NCBI GenBank assembly: GCA_049325335.1
Contig: JBMOMC010000007.1
Location: forward strand, 1-64,000
Source of the DNA: Nitrospirota bacterium
Lineage (GTDB): Bacteria > Nitrospirota > Nitrospiria > 2-01-FULL-66-17
Direction: 5' to 3'
DNA length: 64,000 bases
Shown: positions 8,654 to 17,629 of the stretch, in pieces
Layout: each line of letters begins with the position of its first letter
How positions within the stretch are numbered: position 1 is the first letter of the stretch
The notes under the pieces: generated by a model
Databases searched by the model: none
Told to the model about the DNA's origin: nothing
Seen by the model: only the letters and a program-made list of their open reading frames with translations
Program-made: the position numbers and the translations under genes

Positions 8654-10360
8654 TTAGGTCCGTGGTCCATGCCTCAGCCGAAGAACGAGCCAGACGAACA
8701 GGATGGCCGAGACGGCGACGCCCAGACGGCTCAGATGAACGCCAAACAGCGTGGTAGTCCCCTCGGAATGGAGCAACGCGAGCGTCGCGAAAATCACCGC
8801 CGTCAGCACCATTCCGAGGATTCGAAGATCATTTTGGCGATCAAACTCTTTTTTCATCCCATCCAGATCTCCGGTGTCCAGCTTCACCCCGATCTCGCCT
8901 TTTTCAAGCTTGCCCAGGACTTTGAGCACTCGATCGGGAAGACTTCGCACCGACGCCGCGTAATCGAGCAGATCGGTCTGGACCTGCTCGAACAACCGTC
9001 TGGGGGCGAAGTACCCTTTGAGGGCGCTCGTCACGAACGGAGCCAGTTCCGAGTTGAGATCGAACTCCGGATAGAGTGTGCTTCCCATCCCCTCGGTGGT
9101 CACGAGCGCTTTGCCGAAGAGCGCGAGGTCAGCCGAAAACCGAACCCCACGACTGGTCGCGTTGTTGATCACCCGGAAGAACGCCCACGCCACGCTGGGC
9201 GCGCGTTCGGAGAAAAAGAATTCGCTCAGAATTCCCGCGGTGTCCTTCTCGAATCCCATGACATCGCTGTGCTGGTCGGTGACGGCCAGATGCAGGAGAT
9301 GTTTGGTATAGGCCTCGATGTCCTTGTTCACGAACGCGATCAGGCAGCTCAACAGTTCTCGCCGCGAGGCCTGATCCAGATACCCGACCATCCCGAAATC
9401 GTGTAGACAGAGCGAACCGTCCGGCATCGCGAAGAAATTGCCGGGGTGCGGATCGGCGTGGAAAAACCCCGCCACGAAGAATTGCTGGAAAAACGCATCC
9501 ACGCCGATCGAGGCCAGCTTCTTGCGATCCACGCCAAACGCCGCGATCCGATCGAGATCCGTGACCTTGGCGCCGTGGGAAAAGGCGGCGGTTAAGACCC
9601 GCGGGGTCGTGTAGTCCCAATAGACCTTGGGAATAGAGATGTCCTGATTCTCGCGGAAGATGTACCGAAATCGCTCCGCATTGTGACCTTCGGCTCTGAA
9701 GTCAAGCTCTCGGAGCGTCCAGTCCGAGAACTCCCGCACGATCCTCAACGGCTGGTAGATCCTGAATTCCGGAATGAACCGTTCCGCCAATCCCGCGAGG
9801 AACGAGAGGATGTGGATGTCCTGCTCGACGATCTTGCGGATGCCCGGCCGTTGGACCTTGACCGCGACCTCCGCGCCGTCGTTGAGAAAAGCCCGGTGGA
9901 CTTGCGCCAGGGAGGCGGCCGCCACCGGCACTGGTTCAAACGAAGCAAACACGTCTTCGGGGTACCCCCCCAACTCCGTTTTGAGGATTTGCCGCGCCGT
10001 CTCATACGGGAACGGGCCGACATTGCTCTGGAGTTTGGACAACTCCTCGGAGATCTCTGTTCCCACAAGATCAGCCCGCATACTGAGAATCTGCCCGAGT
10101 TTGACGAAGGTCGGCCCCAGCCGCTCCAACAGCGCACGCAACGCGGGTGGCGAGAACAGCGCCTTGGTCTCGCCTCTCGCCAGCTCGGCCGCGGGAGCTC
10201 GTCGTCTAACAAGACGGCCCAGGCGGTGTCGAAGCGGCAACAGGTAATGGAGCCGCAGTCGTTCGACGACCACGGCTCCGCCCGATTCGAACACGATCAC
10301 CAGAATCGCGCGAAGCCGATTGATATCTGCGAATCGGAGCCTAACGGGGTCGAGTGTCAA
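8654..10360 (-). CDS. UbiB/AarF/ABC1-family atypical kinase
   Basis: LGPTFVKLGQ, AAASLAQVH, VAVKVQRP, HADPHPGN and DFG motifs; two C-terminal TM helices. TTG start at 10360 inferred (the ORF track starts at 10378). Confidence 0.9.
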   Translation of the reverse strand: MTLDPVRLRFADINRLRAILVIVFESGGAVVVERLRLHYLLPLRHRLGRLVRRRAPAAELARGETKALFSPPALRALLERLGPTFVKLGQILSMRADLVGTEISEELSKLQSNVGPFPYETARQILKTELGGYPEDVFASFEPVPVAAASLAQVHRAFLNDGAEVAVKVQRPGIRKIVEQDIHILSFLAGLAERFIPEFRIYQPLRIVREFSDWTLRELDFRAEGHNAERFRYIFRENQDISIPKVYWDYTTPRVLTAAFSHGAKVTDLDRIAAFGVDRKKLASIGVDAFFQQFFVAGFFHADPHPGNFFAMPDGSLCLHDFGMVGYLDQASRRELLSCLIAFVNKDIEAYTKHLLHLAVTDQHSDVMGFEKDTAGILSEFFFSERAPSVAWAFFRVINNATSRGVRFSADLALFGKALVTTEGMGSTLYPEFDLNSELAPFVTSALKGYFAPRRLFEQVQTDLLDYAASVRSLPDRVLKVLGKLEKGEIGVKLDTGDLDGMKKEFDRQNDLRILGMVLTAVIFATLALLHSEGTTTLFGVHLSRLGVAVSAILFVWLVLRLRHGPRT

Positions 10361-10361
10361 T

Positions 10362-10559
10362 TCACCTCTTCGGCGCACGGCGCCTCAGGTAGAGAGCGCC
10401 CCAGATCATAATCGCCGGGCAGACCAGTAGGAGCGCGACAAGAATCGAGGTCCTGACCGTGACGCCAAACAAGATCAAGATCCCGGCGGCCAACCCCAGC
10501 ATCACGAATGGACAGAGCCACGCCCACTCACGCACACACACCACGATGCGTTCTTTCAT
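10362..10559 (-). CDS. Small two-TM protein with two CPxxM motifs
   Basis: AGGAG RBS; fills the gap between the ATPase and the kinase; LCPFVM and VCPAIM. Confidence 0.65.
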   Translation of the reverse strand: MKERIVVCVREWAWLCPFVMLGLAAGILILFGVTVRTSILVALLLVCPAIMIWGALYLRRRAPKR

Positions 10560-10581
10560 ATCGGCTCCTGTGTGATGAGCC

Positions 10582-12918
10582 TCATGCGCCGGACATCCTG
10601 ACTCGTTTCAAGAGCGCCGAGTTCACAATCACCGACAGCGAGCTCAGTGCCATCGCCGCCGCGGCAATAATGGGGTTCAAGAAGCCGAACGCCGCGATCG
10701 GGATGCCCACGGTGTTGTAGATAAACGCCCAAAACAGATTTTGTTTGATCTTGCGCATGGTCGCGCGGGACAGGCGGATGCCGGCCACCACGTCCCGCAC
10801 GTCGTTCTTCACCAAAATAATGCCGCCGGTCTCTTTGGCGACATCGGAACCTGATCCGATCGCAATGCCGATGTCAGCGGCCGCCAAGGCCGGCGCGTCG
10901 TTGACCCCGTCGCCCACCATCGCCACGACCTTGCCCTGCTGCTGAAGGTCTTGCACCACCCGCGACTTGTCAGCCGGCAGGACCTCGGCAATGACCCGCT
11001 CGATCCCCACCTCGGCCGCGATGGCGTGGGCGGTGCGCTGGTTGTCTCCGGTGAGCAGGATGACTTCGATCCCTTCTCGGCGCAGAGCCGAGACGGCTTC
11101 CTTCGCCTCCGGCTTGAGGGTGTCCGCCACGGCCACAATACCGACCAGCGCACGATCGGCCCCCACAAGCATTGCGGTCTTACCCTCCGACTCCAGGCGG
11201 GCCATCGTCGACTCAGCGGACGACGGCTCGATGCCCTCGCGACGAAACAGTCGCCGGTTGCCGAGCAACACGTGTGTCCCATTTACGGTTCCGCGAATAC
11301 CGTGGCCCGCAATCGCTTCGAAGCCCGTCACCTTCGGCAAATCCAGCCCGCGGCGTTGAGCCGCGCGTACGATGGCTTCCCCGAGCGGATGTTCGGATCC
11401 CACTTCCACCGCCGCGGCCAGCCGGAGCACCTCCGCCTCGGCAAGCCCCCTGAGCGGTACCACGTCGGTGACGTTCGGCTCGCCCCGCGTCAAGGTTCCG
11501 GTTTTATCGAAGATGACCGCGGTGAGCTTTTGCGCGCGTTCCAAGACTTCGCCCCCACGGATCAAGATCCCGGCCTCCGCGCCCTTGCCCACGCCCACCA
11601 TCAGCGCGGCGGGCGTGGCAATACCCAACGCACACGGGCAGGCGATGATCAACACGGCGATGAACGCGAGCAAGGCTTGGGGGAAGTTGCCGGCCAGCCA
11701 CCAGCCTGCAAACGCCAGCACCGCCACGCTGACCACCGCGGGCACAAAGTAGCCGGTGACTTGATCCGCCAACCGCTGGATGGGCGCGCTGCTGGCCTGA
11801 GCTTCTTCGACCATTTTGATGATCTGGGCCAAGGCGGTCTCGGCCCCGACTCGCATGGCTTGAAAACGCAGCAGGCCCGCGCGGTTGAGCGTGCCGCCGA
11901 TGACCTGACTGCCCGGGACTTTTTCCACGGGCATGGATTCCCCGGTCAGCATGGACTCGTCCACCGAGGATGCACCTTCGAGCACCACGCCGTCGGTTGC
12001 GATCTTTTCCCCCGGCCGCACCACCACGACCTCGCCGACCATCACGGTCTCGGCCGGCACCTCCATCTCGGCGCCGTCGCGAATCACGCGCGCGGTTGCG
12101 GGTTTGAGGTCCAGGAGTTTTCGCACCGCGGCCGATGAGCGCTTCTTGATCATCTCCTCCATGTACTTGCCCAGCAGGACAAACGCGATGATCACGGCGG
12201 ACACTTCAAAGTACACGTCGCGCTCTTCCACCTTCACCGGCAACACCTCGGGAACGAAAATCACCGCCACGCTGTAGAGGTACGCGACCGTGGTCCCGAG
12301 AGCGATGAGGAAGTCCATGTTGATGGTGCGCGTGCGGATCGCGGTCCACGAGCCCACGTAGAACGACCACCCGCCGATGAACTGCACCGGAGTGACCAAC
12401 AGAAACAGCCACACCCCCCAGGTAAACCACGGCAACTGTGGAATCGGCACCCAGGTGACGATAGTGGCGCCGGTAGCCAGCGCGAGGAACGCGGCGGCCC
12501 GCAGCATCGCCAAGGCGAGCACCCCGGTGAGCGCGATCGTCACACGGGTGCGCATGGACTTGAGTTCTTGCTCGGGCGACTCGAACGTGCGTTGGCACCC
12601 CGCGCTGCAAAAATAGTAGGTGCGGCCAGCGCGCTCGGTCTTGAGCGCCGTGGCCTTGTCCACCACCATCCCGCAGATCGGATCCTTGGCCATGTCCTTT
12701 GGCGGCTTGGTCGGGGCAGGACCTGACGCCATTGAGGGGCCCGCCCCGACCGTGTGCGCGCCGGCCCCGGTCCGCGTACTCAAAAATGGCCGCGGGTCGG
12801 CTGTAAACGCCCGTAAGCAGTGGTCGGAGCAAAAGTGGTACGTCCGCCCCTCGTAGGCGGAGGTCCCCGCAGCCGACGCGTCGTCAACCGTCATACCGCA
12901 CACCGGATCAGTGGCCAT
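10582..12918 (-). CDS. Cu(I)/Ag(I)-translocating P1B-type ATPase with two N-terminal YHS/TRASH domains
   Basis: DPVCGM..FCSDHC and DPICGM..FCSAGC; TGES, CPC, DKTGT, SEHP, GDGVND, YN and MALSS motifs. Confidence 0.96.
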   Translation of the reverse strand: MATDPVCGMTVDDASAAGTSAYEGRTYHFCSDHCLRAFTADPRPFLSTRTGAGAHTVGAGPSMASGPAPTKPPKDMAKDPICGMVVDKATALKTERAGRTYYFCSAGCQRTFESPEQELKSMRTRVTIALTGVLALAMLRAAAFLALATGATIVTWVPIPQLPWFTWGVWLFLLVTPVQFIGGWSFYVGSWTAIRTRTINMDFLIALGTTVAYLYSVAVIFVPEVLPVKVEERDVYFEVSAVIIAFVLLGKYMEEMIKKRSSAAVRKLLDLKPATARVIRDGAEMEVPAETVMVGEVVVVRPGEKIATDGVVLEGASSVDESMLTGESMPVEKVPGSQVIGGTLNRAGLLRFQAMRVGAETALAQIIKMVEEAQASSAPIQRLADQVTGYFVPAVVSVAVLAFAGWWLAGNFPQALLAFIAVLIIACPCALGIATPAALMVGVGKGAEAGILIRGGEVLERAQKLTAVIFDKTGTLTRGEPNVTDVVPLRGLAEAEVLRLAAAVEVGSEHPLGEAIVRAAQRRGLDLPKVTGFEAIAGHGIRGTVNGTHVLLGNRRLFRREGIEPSSAESTMARLESEGKTAMLVGADRALVGIVAVADTLKPEAKEAVSALRREGIEVILLTGDNQRTAHAIAAEVGIERVIAEVLPADKSRVVQDLQQQGKVVAMVGDGVNDAPALAAADIGIAIGSGSDVAKETGGIILVKNDVRDVVAGIRLSRATMRKIKQNLFWAFIYNTVGIPIAAFGFLNPIIAAAAMALSSLSVIVNSALLKRVRMSGA

Positions 12919-12958
12919 CTCGCACTCCCTTCACACCGATGAGCCGCTGCGCATTTGC

Positions 12959-13774
12959 CTACCGCTTTCCAAACACGGCTTGGACGATCCACAGGGCCTT
13001 TCGGATCTCTGTCGAAAAGGTCTGCGACAAGGCTTCCGCCCCGGAGACCGGCGTCACATCGGTCCCCACCGTGAGCGAATCCGTGGTCGTCTTTCCCACG
13101 AACTGGGCGAGAAACGGCTCCTCGGGAAACCGCGTGTCGTCATCGGACTTGAGGACTTTGACGGCCGTGATCCGGCCCTTGGTATCGAGCGCCACGGCCA
13201 CGGACATGGGCTGTTTCTTGCCTTCGACTCGGACGAATTGGGCGACCCCGTATCGCTTGCCCTGCGCGATCGCAAAATAGAACGTCGGCACGGTGTCGTC
13301 ATCGGTCAGCGGCTCGCCGGTCTTTTCTTGAACCAGCGCGACCTGGGTTTGGTTCAAACTCCCTTCGACCGCAGCGAACGCCTCGGCCCCGGGAAACAAT
13401 GCCTTCAGCGGCTTGTCGGGAATCGGCACTTTGCCGGCATCGGCCAGCCAATCGCCCGCCTTGTCCGGGATGCTGCGCGGATCCCCGGGGTTCGACCGCG
13501 ATTGGATCTCCTGGCCGTTGCTCACACCGTCGTCGTCCGAATCGCGCGCTTCGATCTTGGCGAAGGCCGGGCCATTGGCCCCGGCCCGGAGAAAGGCTTT
13601 CCCGTAATCGTTGCTCGACGACCCGCCGCCCTTCTCGTGACAGAGCGCGCAGGTCACCTTGTAGCCGTACTTGGCCTCGAACAGCCGACGCGAGGAGGGC
13701 AAGGCGAACGCGTCCGTAACCACGCCGAGCGCAATAACGACGAGCGCAAGACCGGCCGCCACACGCGTCGCCAT
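12959..13774 (-). CDS. Exported protein: monoheme cytochrome c domain, Ca-binding-like repeat and FMN-binding-like domain
   Basis: Signal peptide ending AFA; CALCH; DSDDDGVSNGQE; C-terminal FLAQFVGK..D.L....DV.PVSGA domain paralogous to the neighbouring gene. Confidence 0.7.
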   Translation of the reverse strand: MATRVAAGLALVVIALGVVTDAFALPSSRRLFEAKYGYKVTCALCHEKGGGSSSNDYGKAFLRAGANGPAFAKIEARDSDDDGVSNGQEIQSRSNPGDPRSIPDKAGDWLADAGKVPIPDKPLKALFPGAEAFAAVEGSLNQTQVALVQEKTGEPLTDDDTVPTFYFAIAQGKRYGVAQFVRVEGKKQPMSVAVALDTKGRITAVKVLKSDDDTRFPEEPFLAQFVGKTTTDSLTVGTDVTPVSGAEALSQTFSTEIRKALWIVQAVFGKR

Positions 13775-13802
13775 CCGCCGTAAGGGTTGAGATGCGTCGA
13801 TG

Positions 13803-14363
13803 TCAAGGAATCCGTTCACCGAACGCCTCCCGCGCGATTAGTAGCGCCTTCCGGACCCCGATGGCTAAGGCCCGAGATGCCGTCTCCGCGCCGGCCACGG
13901 GCGTCACATCGGTCCCCACGGTCAGCGGGTCTTTCACGGTCTTGCCGCGAAATTGATCCAGAAAGTCATCCTTGACGATCCGCTTATCTTCACGGCTGGA
14001 CAACACCGCGACGCGGCGCACGGCCCCCTCCGAGCCGACGGCGACACCGATCTCGATCGGCCCGTTCTCGCCCGCTTGATCCGTGAACAACACGAACCCG
14101 ATCTTCTCCCCGGCCGTGTTGAACGCGGGATAGAAGGTGGGCGTCCGGTTCTCCGGCTCCACTCGTTCCCCGATGGCCTGCTCGATGCGGCCGAGTTGGT
14201 CGGCCGATAAGGTCACCTGGCGTGACGTGAACTTGGCCGCATCGGGAAAGGTCTGACTTAACCGCTTCCCCGGCCAGCCCTTCTGGTGAGCCTGAGCGGC
14301 CGAGGCGAGCGCCAATCCCATCATGGCCGTCACGGCAATAGCACGTTGTACAGGAGTCATCAC
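13803..14363 (-). CDS. Exported FMN-binding-domain-like protein (RnfG/NosR-type fold)
   Basis: Signal peptide ending AQA; G.NGPIEIGVAV...G.V..V.VL..RE......FLDQFRGK....L....DV.PVAGA pattern. Confidence 0.75.
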   Translation of the reverse strand: MMTPVQRAIAVTAMMGLALASAAQAHQKGWPGKRLSQTFPDAAKFTSRQVTLSADQLGRIEQAIGERVEPENRTPTFYPAFNTAGEKIGFVLFTDQAGENGPIEIGVAVGSEGAVRRVAVLSSREDKRIVKDDFLDQFRGKTVKDPLTVGTDVTPVAGAETASRALAIGVRKALLIAREAFGERIP

Positions 14364-14373
14364 AATCCCCCGG

Positions 14374-15513
14374 TTAAAAGGTCAACAAGGCTTGCCCGAT
14401 CACCATCGTGTCCATCGCATCGTTCTCACCCGAGAGAGCCGCGTCGCTCACCAATCCCACCAGGCGCAAGGTGACTTGGTCCAACGGCGTGTACGACAGC
14501 CCGACCGTGATCACGCCGTCGTCGCGGGTCCGCACGAGTCCGTCGCGCCACAGGTCGTATTGCAGCAGCGCCGTGAGCTTCTGCGGGATCACGCGGTAAT
14601 CGAGCCGCGCGTAGTACCCGCGCACGTCGATGGCCTCGTCCCCGTCCCGCTCGCGCCCGATCGTGACTTCGCCCGCGACATCCCACCGGCCGATCGCATA
14701 GCGCAGATCGAGCGATCCGCGACGTTTGAGCACCAGGCGGCTGCGGTCGAAGAAGCCGTTGGTCAGCATGTCGTCCATGTCGTACGTGGCGCCGTTCTCA
14801 AAGCGATACGCCTTGCCCCAGAAGCCGGAGAGCCCGATCTTGAGATCCCACGGCGACTCATACCCTACGCGGATCACGACCGGGCGATTCATGTTCTCGG
14901 AGGGCGTCTTGATCCCGCCCATAGTTCCGTCGGTGATGAACTCCGGTCCCATGAGCACGGCAGCCGAATAGTCGATGTCCCGGTAGTAGCCGGAGACCTC
15001 GATCCCCTTGTCCGAGATGAAACCCAGGTTTTTGTACACCAGATTCCGCGCCGGATTGGCGGCGGCGTCCGACACCGCGTCAATCCCGTACCGAAAGCGA
15101 AGGCGCCCGACCTTCAGCGCGAGGTCCGACGGCAAGCCTGGCAGGTTGGTAACGATCGCATAGACGAACCCGTGGTCCTGACCCACGACCGTCTCCAGAT
15201 CGGACGTTAACAGGAGTTGCTCGGCCAGAATCGAAACGTTGTCGCCGATGTTGGTGGTAAGGAATAGTTCGTTGACGTGGATACCCAGCGACGGCGAATC
15301 ACCGTTGGTCGGAATCAGAAACCGATAGTCCAGCGTGCCGCCGATGTTCAGGTTGCTGAACGGTCCCACGCTGGGCGGCGCGGGCGGCGGGGCCAATGTC
15401 GGAGACTCGAGTTGGAGCCCGCCCTCTTCAGTCTGCTGCTGGGCAAGGGCCGGGACACAGACCATGAATATCCCTAACGCCACGACGACTCGGGCCATGG
15501 ACCCTCCATTCAT
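14374..15513 (-). CDS. Putative outer-membrane beta-barrel porin
   Basis: Signal peptide, amphipathic beta strands, LKVGR....YG pattern, terminal Phe (ALLTF). Start could be 15498. Confidence 0.65.
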   Translation of the reverse strand: MNGGSMARVVVALGIFMVCVPALAQQQTEEGGLQLESPTLAPPPAPPSVGPFSNLNIGGTLDYRFLIPTNGDSPSLGIHVNELFLTTNIGDNVSILAEQLLLTSDLETVVGQDHGFVYAIVTNLPGLPSDLALKVGRLRFRYGIDAVSDAAANPARNLVYKNLGFISDKGIEVSGYYRDIDYSAAVLMGPEFITDGTMGGIKTPSENMNRPVVIRVGYESPWDLKIGLSGFWGKAYRFENGATYDMDDMLTNGFFDRSRLVLKRRGSLDLRYAIGRWDVAGEVTIGRERDGDEAIDVRGYYARLDYRVIPQKLTALLQYDLWRDGLVRTRDDGVITVGLSYTPLDQVTLRLVGLVSDAALSGENDAMDTMVIGQALLTF

Positions 15514-16262
15514 ACCACCACCTCCCTTCGTGCGTCCGGGCGCCAGACTTGATAAAGCGCAATCAGCGTCATCGTCAGATATCCCACTTCTGACGTCGTC
15601 TCACCCGCCCACGCCACGGCTTCAAACAGCGGTGAGACGTACTTGATCAGCCACCATGACGCAATGTCGATCGGACTGCCCAGCATCGTCGCCGTGATCA
15701 ACACCACCTTCAGCGACTCCCGCACGTCGGTGAAGACAAAGACCGTCGCCACGACCAGGTGCATCAGCATGGTCCCAAACAGGTGCGAGTGGGTCACACC
15801 CATGAGCTTGCCGATCTTCATGTAAAAGTAGTACTCCTCGGCCGAGGCGTTCACCACCTGCGACATCACGTAGGCCGTGGCCGCGCCGAAGAGGTGCACG
15901 AGGCCCAAGACCAACAGGGCGAGCGTGACCATGACGCGGGCGCTCGCCGGCAGGTCCGCGATGCCGAACGGCAACCGGATACGATCGCCCCATCGGCGAA
16001 TCGCCACGGCGGACAACCCCGCAACCACGCCGGCGAAGGCCAGAACCGAGAGCGCCACCCACGCCCACATCGGACCGACGGTCCCGGATTCGGCCACCCG
16101 CACGATATTGCCTTCGGGGATTGTCGCCTCGCCGAACTCCAACTCACCGGAATCGGTGGACGGAGCCGCGCCGTCCGGAGCACGCTCCTGCGCCGACGCG
16201 ACGGCTCCCGAGAGCAGACCGCAGAGCATTCCGATGGCCAGAACGCGTGCCGTCTGTCTCAT
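15510..16262 (-). CDS. Hypothetical polytopic membrane protein with intramembrane His residues
   Basis: Signal-like N-terminus, about 5 TM segments, LVHLFG and THSHLFGTMLMH; ATGA overlaps at both ends. Confidence 0.7.
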   Translation of the reverse strand: MRQTARVLAIGMLCGLLSGAVASAQERAPDGAAPSTDSGELEFGEATIPEGNIVRVAESGTVGPMWAWVALSVLAFAGVVAGLSAVAIRRWGDRIRLPFGIADLPASARVMVTLALLVLGLVHLFGAATAYVMSQVVNASAEEYYFYMKIGKLMGVTHSHLFGTMLMHLVVATVFVFTDVRESLKVVLITATMLGSPIDIASWWLIKYVSPLFEAVAWAGETTSEVGYLTMTLIALYQVWRPDARREVVV

Positions 16263-16699
16263 GGTTGCGGTCCGCTCTGCGGAGCCGCCAGGGTCCGCAG
16301 ATAGTGAATGACTTGCCAGCGCTGCTCCTCACTCAGGGTCCTCTCGTATCCCGGCATGATGCCGCCACCCTTGGTGATGGCCCAGAACAGCTCGCCGTCG
16401 GTCCGACTGTTCAACCCTTTCGTGAAGTCAGGCGGTTGGTGGGCGAAGCCCGACGCGGCCGGGGTATCCCCGCTCCCGGACGCCCCGTGACAGGACGCGC
16501 AGACCTTCTGGTAGAGCCCCTGTCCGGCGCCGACCACGGCGTCGCTGTGGGGCAGCGGATTGGCGCGTTCGACCGAGGACCCTGGCGGCTTGGCCACGTC
16601 ATGCGCGTTCACCGGGACCGCGAGCAACCCGTTCACACCACTGCTGACCGCCAAGGCGAGAGACATCACCACCTCCGAAACCCGTACCCTGCGATGCAT
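16259..16699 (-). CDS. Monoheme class I cytochrome c
   Basis: NP.P.....G..LYQKVCASCHG..G.G; GIMP (axial Met); LSEEQRWQVIHYLRTL; AGGAGG RBS. Confidence 0.93.
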   Translation of the reverse strand: MHRRVRVSEVVMSLALAVSSGVNGLLAVPVNAHDVAKPPGSSVERANPLPHSDAVVGAGQGLYQKVCASCHGASGSGDTPAASGFAHQPPDFTKGLNSRTDGELFWAITKGGGIMPGYERTLSEEQRWQVIHYLRTLAAPQSGPQP

Positions 16700-16804
16700 A
16701 CACGCCTCCTCGCTGCCTGGACCGAGATCAGTTGATGCCGCGTACGATGCTGTGAAAAATTCTGGAAACGAACGATCAGGACATCCGCCCGAACGGGCGG
16801 CAGG

Positions 16805-17161
16805 CTACAGGCGGTAGACGCGGTTGAGTTGGTACAGCGCGCGGGAATTGGGAGGAGCGGACACTGTCGGTTGGATCGCCGACCGCGCGTGCGGTTCCAC
16901 CCATCCGACCACTGCCGATGAAGACGGCCACAATGCGATCTGCACGTGGCTCTGCTCGGCGTTCCGTAGGGACTCGATCAGCGGGTGCCCTGCCGAAACC
17001 GGGGACGCATCCATAACCGCGGCGCACCCACGGTCAGCCGTGGACGAGCCGTCGTGATGCGCGTGAACCGTCGCGGGATACGCTTGGCACGCCAGACACA
17101 GCAGGAACACCCCGGCCAACCACACTGCCGCCCGTGCGCGGAACACCCGCATGTCCATCAT
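16805..17161 (-). CDS. Hypothetical leader-type protein (hydrophobic N-terminus, His/Cys, C-terminal LYxLxxxYRL)
   Basis: Same architecture and C-terminus as 23214-23603; GAGG precedes GTG-ATG; start uncertain. Confidence 0.55.
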   Translation of the reverse strand: MMDMRVFRARAAVWLAGVFLLCLACQAYPATVHAHHDGSSTADRGCAAVMDASPVSAGHPLIESLRNAEQSHVQIALWPSSSAVVGWVEPHARSAIQPTVSAPPNSRALYQLNRVYRL

Positions 17162-17322
17162 CACGCCTCGCGTTCCGCGATGCCTCGCGCCCTCAAATGC
17201 CGACATGGCCCCTATGCTAATCCCACCCCGCTCAGGCAACCATACCTCAAAGGTGGTGTTTATTGAGCCACATGAGAGGGGGGGCGCATGCTCCCCTCTC
17301 ACCAGATAGCAGGAGCGAGTCG

Positions 17323-17351
17323 GTAGGGGCGGGTTTGAAACCCGCCCCTAC
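17323..17351. repeat. GTAG-family REP palindrome
   Basis: GTAGGGGCGGGTTT-G-AAACCCGCCCCTAC, perfect 14-bp arms. Confidence 0.8.
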
Positions 17352-17384
17352 AATCCTGTGAGTGAACACACCGGCAAGCGCAGC

Positions 17385-17420
17385 GACAACGCGGCAGATG
17401 GCCGGTCATGAACGGGCTCC
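17385..17420. repeat. Partial copy of the 3705-3832 element
   Basis: GACAACGCGGCAGATGGCCGGTCATGAACGGGCTCC matches 3796-3831 at 33/36 positions. Confidence 0.75.
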
Positions 17421-17431
17421 TAGAAACTCAC

Positions 17432-17629
17432 CTATAACTCGACTTGGACCGTATCACGCTTCAGGTCCGTCTCCACCATGCCGGCCTCGACCAGCAGACT
17501 CCCCTCCGGAATGAGATTCTTGGTCCTGAGACGATGGTGAAGGTGATCGGCCCCGTGACCGGACGCCGGGGCAGGGACGATGCAGAGCGCCATCACCACC
17601 AGGATGCCGGTCACGATGACCCGTGTCAT
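17432..17629 (-). CDS. Small exported His-rich protein, possibly a truncated gene
   Basis: ATGA overlap with the RND stop; signal peptide followed by HGADHLHH; ends next to repeat remnants. Confidence 0.5.
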   Translation of the reverse strand: MTRVIVTGILVVMALCIVPAPASGHGADHLHHRLRTKNLIPEGSLLVEAGMVETDLKRDTVQVEL

